From: Iphione sp. A-MEVVRFRX5
Lineage: Eukaryota
Direction: 5' to 3'
NCBI GenBank assembly: GCA_976226885.1
Contig: OZ320316.1
Coordinates: 46,376,001-46,440,000 of the forward strand
Length of the DNA stretch: 64,000 bases
Below, in pieces: positions 13,397 through 23,014 of this stretch. The notes under the pieces are model-generated. The model saw only the letters and a list, made by a program, of their open reading frames with translations. It did not search any database and was not told where the DNA came from. Made by a program: the position numbers and the translations under genes. Each line of letters opens with the position of its first letter. Within the stretch, counting starts at the first letter, position 1.

Positions 13397-16026
13397 CTAT
13401 TGATTGGAGAACACTAGTTTCAATAATCGTCTCCTGAAGATTGCTGGGTGTATGCATAGCTTCAGGGCCATTGGCAACTTGTTCCACTGCTTGACTCCTG
13501 CATAGACAAATGAGGTCTTGTAGGTTGCTGTTCGTGGTCTATGCAATGTCAGCCTAACTCCTATGCTCTTTCTAGTACCAATGCCTCCATATAACATTTT
13601 TCTTTGAAAATACCTAGAGGACAAAGGCAATGTAGTAGACAAAGCAGGGATATTCTCCCCCTGAGCTCAAGTGATTGCACTTTCATTCTCCTTCTGATAG
13701 ACAGATTCGTTTGATGTGAAAGTCTCCTACCGTGTACTAAGCCTCGCATCACCCCATTACAGCCTATTTGTAGATAGTCTAGGGTACTTTTACTATGGTT
13801 TACAATGAGCGGTAGGCTATAATCATACTGCGAGAGAAGGAAGCTCTTAAAAAGTTTTACCTTATCAGGGAATGGTATATGTCTCACTATTTTACTAATG
13901 TAGTACCCTTTGCTTCTTGTTGTACTTATGATGTTTTTATCTGACTCTGCCACTTCATATCTGCATGCAGGTAGTATCCTAAGAATTTGCAATCATTAAC
14001 TTTGGATATAGATGTACTATCTATATTAAGTCTAAGTCAAATCTGTGACTTTTCCAAAAAAGCATGTAGAACTTTTTTTCAATGTATAAGACTACAACAT
14101 TTTTTGCTGCTCGTCCTGCTGTATCCATAATGCCTTGTTGTAGTTTTCGTCTCAGAGCAGTAATATTCGAGGCGGTTGCATAGACAGTGATGTCATCAGC
14201 ATGCATTATCGTCTTCATAACTATATGTGAGTCTGGTAAGTCATTTATAAGGACACTGAAAAGGAAAGGGCCCAGTATACTGCCCTGAGGGACTCCGGTA
14301 GCCACTCCAAGCGATTTGGACGAAAATGCTGCCCCTACATGCTTGTTTTCATCTATTCCCTCATACACTTCTTTGGTAATACCTCTGATGCTGTGGCTGT
14401 ACTTTTCATCTTACGGAAACCATGTTGTGTCTCGGAAAAAAGTATGTTCAAATAAGATAGTTAGAGATTTGGTCATATACTAGTCTTTCTAGTAGTTTTA
14501 ATACGACTGGAAGTAAAGCTATGGGTCTATAAATTTTCTTTTCTAAGACAGATCTCTTCTTAAACAATGGAGTGATCCTGGCCAGTTTCCAGCTGTCAGG
14601 GAAGTGTGATGACATGATCAACTAATTGAATATATCACGTAATACATTGGCTGCATGTAGTAGGCTGTCTTTTAATACTCTCATCAGTATAATATCAATT
14701 CCCCTGGGCTTACTTATATTTAGGTTATTTTTATCTTGATTACTGCCAACGTCTGTACAGGGGTGAATTCCCAACCGCGTTCCTGGCACTCTATTGGCAG
14801 GACTGGAATATTCAATTTCCCTAGAAGAATAACCGCTTGATTAATAAAGTATTCATTCAACACATCAGGTACATTTTCTTTGCATACCCATTCTCCGTTT
14901 TCTTTAAAGCTAATGTCCTGTGAAGACTTATCCCTCTTCAGGACCATATAGTTAATAATATCCCAATATTCTTTCACACTTTAACAGGCATGGATTTTGT
15001 TTTTGTTGCATTGTTTTTTAGCTTTTCACTGTGCCTCTTTGCCTTTGACTTGTAGAACTTATATATGCGAAATGAGTCAATGTTATTGTTATGTCTGAAC
15101 TCTGCAAGGAAGTAATTCCTGTTACAAATGTAGTCCGACAGCTCCTTATCCACCCATTACTTTACCCTTTTTGTTAACCCGTTTCTTTATGGGACACATT
15201 GAGTTCACTACTGTTTCGAGTGCCCCTTGAAGGGTTGACCACTTCGTTGTCGCATCATCTGCTACATCAGCCTCTAGAGTTGTTATCATTTCAGACAGGC
15301 GCTCATTTAGTAATGTTTTGTTATAATTTGACCAGTCTTGGATTTCTCTTACCTTCTTTTTGATATGCTCTCTTACCTTTTTGTCTGTGATGAAGCTGGT
15401 TAGATGATCACTGATGGCGTCTGGGAATGTACCACTGTTGGAAATGGTGCTGATGGTATTGAATACCAAATCAATACACGACTTTGCCGTTTCATGAATT
15501 TATGTCATTTCCTTTATGTACTGGTTTATGCCTACTGCAATTACATACACTAAACAAATCATTTTTTGCTCGCGAGTCATTCATGATGCTGACTTTGAAG
15601 TCACCACCAAGAACTATTTCTGAGAATCCTTGCTTCTTGATTTCAGCTAATGTATCTCTTATGTAGTTTATACAAGCAGAGATGTGTCCTTTTGGAGGTC
15701 GGTATATTGATTCCTATGTGGGGTGGTAAGGTAAGTTTTACCCATATCCATTCGACATCTGCTGAATTTACAGAGTACTTGCACAAGTGCTCCGGTTGCG
15801 ATTTAGTACTGACATAAACGGCATCCCTCACCCCGCTTACAGTTTCTGTCTTGCTAATAATAGCATAATCTTCTATCCCGATAGCATGCATGGGTATCTT
15901 CTTAGTCAACCATGATTCAACAATTCCCATAGCAAACACAGACTCCCTTTTTATCTAGTCCTTAGTACAGTCCATCTTATATAGTAGGCTATGAACATTC
16001 AATAAGGAGAAAACACGACCTTTCAT
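13397..16026 (-). pseudogene. LINE ORF2 (APE endonuclease + RT), CR1/L2-like, disrupted
   Basis: MKGRVFSLLNVHSLLYK..GIVESWL (EN start), AISDH (EN end), FPDSWKLARITPLFKK..YRPIALLP, GVPQGSILGPFLF..INDLP..HADD (RT), TSFVYAGVKQWNKLP (C-term); multiple stops and frameshifts. Confidence 0.9.
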
Positions 16027-16520
16027 CTTTTATTATCTTGCTTTTTACAAATAACAATGAGTTGTAGTACAAAGAATGAAATAATAGGGCACTGAATTCG
16101 ACATGATATATTGCTCTAACCTTCACTTACAGTTGCTGCTATGACAAGCGGTGGAAAGTTGATCTCTTGTCTCAGTGATTCAAGTAACTTCCCATTATAT
16201 TTGTCCCGGTCCATTCCTTACTGGCGATTTTCGGATTCAGCAACGAGCAACCTGCACCGAAATAGGAGTCATATGTCCCTTCCACAATTGTTCTCTGCCA
16301 GTCGATATGAGTTCTTCCCTGAAACTGTCACTCTGACACATGCGCACCTTCAAAATGTTGCGCATGATGGATTCCTTGATGTCTTCCCATTGGTCGTTTA
16401 CCTGAATGCTACTCCCACTTCGTTTAGCCATGAGGGGAGAGGTCTCATTCCTGATCTCCTCCGCCAGCTGTTCCATTCCATTGTTGAGTGATTTTCGCTC
16501 TGGCACACATGTTCTACGTA

Positions 16521-16620
16521 TTAGATAAAGTATGAGGACTGAGGATTACATGTTATAAAGACTGAGGCTTTGCCGAGATATTTATAAACATGTAATCCGA
16601 AGTCTGAGGGATTTATCTGA
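16521..16620. repeat. 100-bp imperfect palindrome (mini foldback element)
   Basis: ttagataaa..ggattacatgttataaa / tttataaacatgtaatcc..tttatctga inverted arms. Confidence 0.6.
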
Positions 16621-16960
16621 TTTAAACCACCCCCAATCACAACTGAACGATTTGCCTACTTAGTCAAGAAGCATTAGTCCACCAAGTCGACAGATGACAT
16701 GGATTCCATGCCCCCCTATACAATGTAATGCCCTCATGACCCAGTCAAGAGGGTTGGGTTCACCGAGGTTCACCTGAACAGTTGGCGAGCTGACAGAGCT
16801 GAGACGACCTTGTAAGTGATTGACACCCCACATCCCCCACTGACCCAGTCAAGAAGGATTGTTTTTTTAGAGAGAGAGGGAAAAGGGACCCAGTAGACTA
16901 TGGCCCTGTCAAGAATCAAGAGGCAACAGCCAAGGTGGCCATCAACACACACACTCATCT

Positions 16961-17083
16961 CAGTTTAGAAGGTTTTTGTGCAATTTGGGATCAGTTTAGA
17001 AGGTTTGTGTGTGATTTGGGAGCAGATTAGAAGGGTCTTGTGCAATTTGGAATCAGTTTAAGTTTTTGTGTGATTCGGGATCA
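16961..17083. repeat. ~31-bp minisatellite, about 4 copies
   Basis: Unit cagtttagaaggtttttgtgcaatttgggat repeated with variants. Confidence 0.8.
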
Positions 17084-17114
17084 TGTAAAATATCATTTAA
17101 TGGTCTAAGCTTTG

Positions 17115-17190
17115 TGTGGCCTCTGTGGCGCAGTCGATAAGAGTGCTAGACAGCCTGCAGAAGAGGCCTGTGTGGGTTCGAATCCCCATC
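17115..17190 (+). mobile_element. tRNA-derived SINE head / tRNA pseudogene
   Basis: A box TGGCGCAGTCG and B box GGTTCGAATCC at tRNA spacing; anticodon arm does not pair; AAGCTTTG on both flanks. Confidence 0.6.
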
Positions 17191-17211
17191 AAGCTTTGAC
17201 AGATTCCGTCA

Positions 17212-17487
17212 GGCCAATAACAACACAAAACAACCAAGGGTGACTTTTAATTTTTTTCTTGCTTTTTGAATAACTTTGAAATGCATAATGATAGAGACAT
17301 GTTCTATACACCAAATTGTTCCTTTTATTCAAATCCAACCAATATAAGTGATATTACCATACACATCTGTTGCTTTCATGATCCTTTTACATTGAAAAAA
17401 AAAGAAAAATAAAATAAATGTGACCTATGGACCAACCCTGTATTTTTTCAGCTTGTTACCGGAAACACAGAACTTTTATGTTAGGCC
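17212..17487 (+). mobile_element. MITE family A, left end degraded
   Basis: Interior and right TIR GTTACCGGAAACACAGAAC..TTAGGCC|TAA match family A. Confidence 0.7.
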
Positions 17488-17619
17488 TAATGGACTCGGG
17501 GGGATGGTAGGAACATAGAGAGAGAGTGGTGGCAGGGGTGGTTTAAACTGGTATAATCCTTGCCATTGTATGTGAATGGGTCACAATATAGGGAGGACAA
17601 CGGGTGGTGCTCGCTCTTG

Positions 17620-18040
17620 AATGCCGGTACCTCGTCGGTTTCGTTGGAAAAGCACCTCTTAAATGTAAATCCTTTGAAGAGATTGTCAATGTCTGGGGTG
17701 TAGTTCTTGTCATTCACGCATAGATTCAAATCCCTTACAGTGGCCCGCATACCCTGACGTCTTGCCTCTGCAGCTATTGTGTGTAGTAGGTTGTGTTTGG
17801 GTCTTACATCATAAGGGATATCTTCTCTCAACATGATATATTCTTACACATTTACCTTTCTGAATGAGGATCTGTTTTTGTACATGATATCTCTCGATTT
17901 TATTGAGGATATCACAACAATTATTGGCCTGTTCTTGTCTGAATCTTCATTGTATGTTCCCACCCGTATGACTGAGTCGATATCTCTGTGTCTGATAGGT
18001 GGATGGCCTTTTGAAATACATCAATGCAATCATCTATTAT
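17620..18040 (-). pseudogene. LINE ORF1 RRM/CTD region (L1/transposase-22-like)
   Basis: DIDSVIRVG..KNRPIIVV..IMLREDIPYDVRPKHNLLH..ARRQG..DLNLCVNDKNY matches the HR-G..RPIIV..EDLP..L-I-G-Y ORF1 pattern; runs in frame into the NADAR N-terminus. Confidence 0.7.
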
Positions 18041-18099
18041 AAGTTGAACTATAACATGTGACCAATCCCAGAGAGATGATTGGTCAAAAGAGAAGTTGT

Positions 18100-18650
18100 A
18101 CTAGTATATAAGGAGACTACAAGTGTCTAATAAATAGTTTGGGAAATCAAAGTCTAGCCTTCACGTCATTCAAGTGCTTTACAATATGAACTGGCTGGTT
18201 CATTTTCATCTGGAGATAAGGGGTATAGGTCATACGACTGTAAGTTTTCAAATCCACACTGGAGACTGGCATAAATCCTAATCGTAAATTATAATCAAGC
18301 TTCCTTACCATTCTCCTTACTTTAGACATGGAAGACCTTTAGAAGCCACAATTCCCAGAGGTCAATATCCACATGTGCATAGAATATTGATTCGGTAAAT
18401 ATCCATCGATGGGTCAAATTATTAATCCCCATAAAGATATATACCAAATCATACGTTGAACAACCGTTAGACCTTATCTAATCTAATGAGAAACTTATTT
18501 TACCACCAGATCTGAAAAGCACACTTGTCTCTGAAATTTCTGTAACTCATTTATGGAGAAGACAATAAAATCCTGAATCTTGAATCTTGAATGTCACGTC
18601 GCACAGAATGCTTTGTGAAAACAAGGTAAATGGGAGTGTTTGTAATCAAA
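18100..18650 (-). pseudogene. SGNH/GDSL esterase-like remnant
   Basis: YLVFT..QDSRFR (block I-like), VLFRSGGKI (block II-like), YDLVYIFMGINNLT (block III G-x-N), then FMPVSSVDLKTYS; block V not seen; several stops. Confidence 0.4.
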
Positions 18651-18774
18651 CGTCAACCTGAAAGGTGCCTTATCTGAGTTATGTGGAACTAAGAAGTGTC
18701 TACTTTAGCCTTTACCAAAATATCAATCGAAATCTGTATATTCTGTCAAGAAAATGTGTACGTGTATATCATTC

Positions 18775-18960
18775 AACCATTAAACTATCTGGCAAAATTG
18801 TGCCTCTATTTCTGCAGAGAATAAACCTGATATCATAGTAATTATGATAGGAAACCGGCTAAATTGTAAATGATAAACCGTGAGACGGTGCCATGACTAT
18901 TCAGACTTATACCACCTGATACTATGTCGAAAACAACTCTGTCTGTTACATTCTAGTGGG
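18775..18960 (+). mobile_element. Fragment of another LINE APE endonuclease N-terminus
   Basis: TIWQNCASIS..KPDIIVI..(ET-WL)-like translation, frameshifted. Confidence 0.3.
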
Positions 18961-18979
18961 TAGCAACATATTTCGAATT

Positions 18980-21391
18980 TAATCCAATAGTGGGGACCCT
19001 GGTCGGGCTGCTAAGCGTACCTGGGTGTATTGTTACTTGCGCTCAGTCAGTCGAGGTCAGTCCACCAAACAGAATGGACCATGCCAGTGGGTTACTGTTA
19101 CTCCAACCAATTTTCCTGCATTCCAACATTACTCCCAGCAATATGGAGGAGAAAATTAACGAAATGATGGCAGCATTTAAAGAAGTGACCACAGAACTCA
19201 AGCATGTCAGAGCCAGAATGGAAAGAATTTAGTCACAAGTCAAGTCCAAGACACCCGCTACAGCCCTTGCTGTCCTCATCTGCTCTTAGGCTCTCTATGG
19301 CCTCTCGCTCACACCAGCCGGTGGCCTCTCAGCAGGTGCAGACGCACCTACTGAACCTCAGCCAGGTGTAGATGGACAAGATGGCGACTCATGCAAAGAC
19401 AGTTCTGATGACCTTCTCCCCTCTCCTGAAGAACATAAGGGGCTTGCTGCAGCTTCAATGAAGGACCTCCTCAACACTGTATACCCCGACAGCCTAGCTG
19501 CCAAAGGTAGGAAGACAAGATAGTCCCCAGCAATATTATTTATATGTAAAAGGGACAGACTAGTCTAAACTTTCTACCCTTAGCAATCATCAGTACATCA
19601 ATGGTCCATTGTTGATGTTGCTGGATGAAAAGGCTCCTTCCAATCTTGGTAAGGAGCATCTTGTTCGTCATTTGATCCAGTTAACCTCTGAGTTCCATCA
19701 TTTTCCTTGGTCTCCTCTGAGAGACTGGGTGGCGGAGATCTGGGAGGCCTACAATTTTGAATGCCACATCCTCTCCAATGATAGGACCATACAACAGTGC
19801 AAGGCCAGGGCTCTGAATGTGTACACTACTGCCTCACTTAGAAAGCCAAAAGATTCTAGTGCCATATGTACAGTGGTTAGCAGGCTAGTGGAAACAGCAA
19901 CCACCCCATGAGATAACAAATCCAATAGTAACACATGCATGTCCTTTATGCTTTCATGTACACTCAAAGACACACAACCACAAATTAGACACCTGTCGTA
20001 CCAACAAGAACCTTGCCAAGCAGGACTCTCCTCCATGGTTGAAGGCCCAGGAGCCCCAGCGATAGTGGAAGGAGTGAGACCAGGAGTGGTAGAACAGCCG
20101 GACCATGTCTCCACCATTGACTACAGCAACACACCCATAGACTTTACCTCTGTATTAATAAAGGGGAATTTCTTTCAGAAATCCGCCCAGAAATTGATTG
20201 TTGTACCCCTGGGGAAATAGTAGCCTGGTCCAAGAGTACTCATCAATGAGATTCCGCCATTGTGCCTCTGTAGCCATGCCATGTAAATTGGCCAAATTGA
20301 TGTTGTTTAAAGGATCCACCAAAACTTGAACATGGCCCATGGCTGGTTGTTGGCAGACACATCTGCATCTAATGCTACATTATTCCCATTTCTATCAATT
20401 AGCATCTGCTGCTAGAGCAGAGACCCACATCCTCTCACCATGAAGCCAGACATTTAAACTGACCCAAGCAAATGTACAGGGGAGGCTCTTGACCAATCAG
20501 CGTACTACATTCGCTATACGTGATCCCCATGACAACAATTACCAACATAACAACTCTCTTCAAAATGCCTGGTCATTGGTCAAAAAGAATGCACTTTCAA
20601 AATCTGAAGGTATCATTGGCTAGGGGACTACCAGGTACCTAGGAAGTGGGCCTAGGATGATGGGAGGGCTGTAAGATGAGCTACTGAAGTTTGGAAAAAT
20701 AGCTCCAAGCAAGGCTTCTTTTGTCTTTGTGCATTCGAGCATCTACCAACTTCAGAGCCATATTGGAGGCACTTATAGTCATCCTAGGAGTCTAATATTT
20801 ACATAGAAAAAACTTCAGGTACAATAAATATGAAAACAATAAAAACCCCATTTTCAATAATTTGACCAACTTGACACAGCTCGATTTTAGCCCCTGTGAC
20901 TTCTGACTCATTAGAATAGGTCACATTTATTGAGTACCCAACCACACAAGCCCCAAGTGAGTATCACAGCATATAACAGCACTGAGACAGTTTGCTCAGG
21001 CAGCAAGTTTAGATGCCTCAATATTATATTTGCACCACATCATTACATCACTGGAGGTGGTGGACAAGAGATCAGAGCACCTGATAGATAGGAAATACTC
21101 AATCACACCTGAACATCTCACACTTATTATCAAATTCCTCTCTCGTTTTGGTCCTTTGGGGGTATACTTAAAGCATCATTTCTCTTTTTATTTTTCTTAA
21201 TGGTCAGGCAGTCAAACATAATACCCAAGACCCCCACATTATTGATCCAAGCAAACAACTAGTCTGATGAGACATAACTTGTTATCAGCATTATATCACA
21301 TCCCTTCATTTGTCAAAAACTATTACGAAGAATCGGCCTCACATAATAACCATCCCAGCTATTCCCAAATCACCCTTGTGCCCATTAATAG
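18980..21391 (+). mobile_element. Decayed DIRS/Ngaro-type tyrosine-recombinase retrotransposon, 5' part
   Basis: Gag-like LVRHLIQLTSEFHHFPWSPLRDW; degenerate RT/RNaseH region ~20120-20700; YR N-half KYSITPEHL..ASFLFLFFLMVRQSNIIP..DPSKQL..LSKTI..IPAIPKSPLCP (21090-21391). Confidence 0.75.
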
Positions 21392-21713
21392 TGTAACTTG
21401 CGTATTTAAATCTCCTTTGAGTTACTCCTTGGAATAAAGTAATACCCCCAAGTGTCGTATGTGTGTTGTTATTCCCACTTGGTAAATCCTCCTATGGTAG
21501 TTAATTCCCTGGCTTAGTAATCCTCATGTGTTAATCCAATACACTACTCCAATAGGCTAACCCTAAGGTAAATCCAAGTGGGTATGTGTTCCTAGCATTC
21601 CCTGAAGAGACAACAGCCACAGCGTAATCCAAGTGCAGACTGGTTTATTGGCCACACAGGGCCCCTTATATATAGGCAGCAGTCAGTCACATGATCATCT
21701 CCAACATGCAACA
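21392..21713 (-). mobile_element. Putative 3' LTR of the Gypsy-like element
   Basis: TGT...ACA ends; on the minus strand TATATAA (~21670) followed ~20 bp later by AATAAA (21644-21649). No matching 5' LTR or TSD found. Confidence 0.45.
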
Positions 21714-21756
21714 CAGTAATTTTTTTTTGGAACCCTTTTGCTACATGTGACCTACA

Positions 21757-22250
21757 TACAGGCTATAAATAGCACACCCAGAGTTCATCAAGTACAGCAC
21801 AGTGCATAAACCTTGGCGACACCGCCAACCCTGTGGCCCAGGAGGCACACTCCTATACTAAAAGGTTGGCGTCACCGCCAGCGATCCCTGCCTACTAGCT
21901 ATAAATAGCACTCATGCCCTACTTACAGGCTATAAATAGCACACCCAGAGTTCATCAAGTACAGCACAGTGCATAAACCTTGGCGACACCGACAGCCCTG
22001 TGGCCCAGGAGGCACACTCCTATACTAAAAGGTTGGCGTCACCGCCAGCGATCCCTGCCTACTAGATATAAATAGCACTCATGCCCTACTTACAGGCTAT
22101 AAATAGCACACCCAGAGTTCATCAAGTACAGCACAGTGCATAAACCTTGGCGGCACCACCAATCCTATGGCCCAAGAGTCGCACTCCCACACTAAAAGGT
22201 TGGTGGCACCGCCAACGATCTCGACTCTGTATGGGAGGCTTAGCAGCACC
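21757..22250. repeat. 167-bp tandem repeat x3 in the Gypsy 3' region
   Basis: GGCTATAAATAGCACACCCAGAG starts at 21761, 21928 and 22095; copies 1 and 2 nearly identical, copy 3 diverged. Confidence 0.95.
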
Positions 22251-23014
22251 GCCTCCCATACCCTACACTCTCCCCTCTTTAAATCCAAATGTCCAGGGGA
22301 ACTTTGGAAGCGAGTAATATTTGAGTAAGGTAGCTACTTACCACTTCTAGCTGGCAGTCAGGCTTGCTCTCTGGGGTAAATATCTTCCTTCAGGAAACAA
22401 CAGTACAACAGTCCCTAAACAAAAAAAACACTCCTCTACTTCTCTTTTTGGAGGGAGGGTCTCCCCCTTGAGTAACGTCCCCAGCTTGCCCCAATATGGG
22501 GTACATACGGCAACCATCAAACAAAACTTTTTCTTTTTGTGGGGGTAAGATCCCCCTTACTTATCTCTTCTTCCTGGAACATCCATGAACAATCTTAAGT
22601 AACTCTTTTTGTGGGGTAGGGCCCCCTTTGTGTTTTCCAGCAAACATCCCCTCTCTCTGGAGGCCAACACAACTGCTCAATACTTTTTTTGTGGGGTATG
22701 AGTCCCCTCCCATTTTCTTAATGCTGAGTTCAAACACCTCCAGCTTGTGCATCAGGTTTCCTTAGTCTCCAACAACGGCTGAGTATACACATCATCTGTT
22801 ACTCCCCAATATGGGGCAAATCAACGGCTTGACTAGTACAGTAACATTTTTTTTTAGGGATACAGTTCCCTTTCCATTTGAGCCAACCGCAACCTTAACT
22901 CAGGGTAACACTCTTAGGTAAATCACGAGTACAATATCATCAATAAGCAGCTGAAACTGGGGGTAATAGACTGGTCGTCACAGGTGCATGAGCAGGGCGA
23001 TGCAGTGCCACTGC

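Larger units (their letters stand above)
16627..17541. mobile_element. Non-autonomous insertion with TTTAAA flanks and short CCACCCC inverted ends
   Basis: TTTAAA|CCACCCC at 16621-16633 and GGGGTGG|TTTAAA at 17535-17547; contains a minisatellite, a tRNA-like element and a family A MITE. Confidence 0.45.
16145..17620 (-). pseudogene. NADAR (YbiA-like) domain in the LINE ORF1 region, split by a ~1-kb insertion
   Basis: Hand reconstruction: FKSEHHPLSSLYCDPFTYNGKDYTS|VEHVCQ..LAEEIRNETSPLMAKRSG..QWEDIKESIMRNIL..FREELISTGREQL/VEGTYDSYFGAG..WTGTNIMG/KLLESLRQE follows the NADAR motif order. Confidence 0.8.

Noticed and set aside
17115-17190. Functional tRNA gene
   Set aside because: Acceptor and anticodon stems do not pair; only the A and B boxes survive.
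21757-22250. CRISPR-like appearance of the repeated units
   Set aside because: Contiguous 167-bp tandem units with no unique spacers, eukaryotic context, no cas genes.
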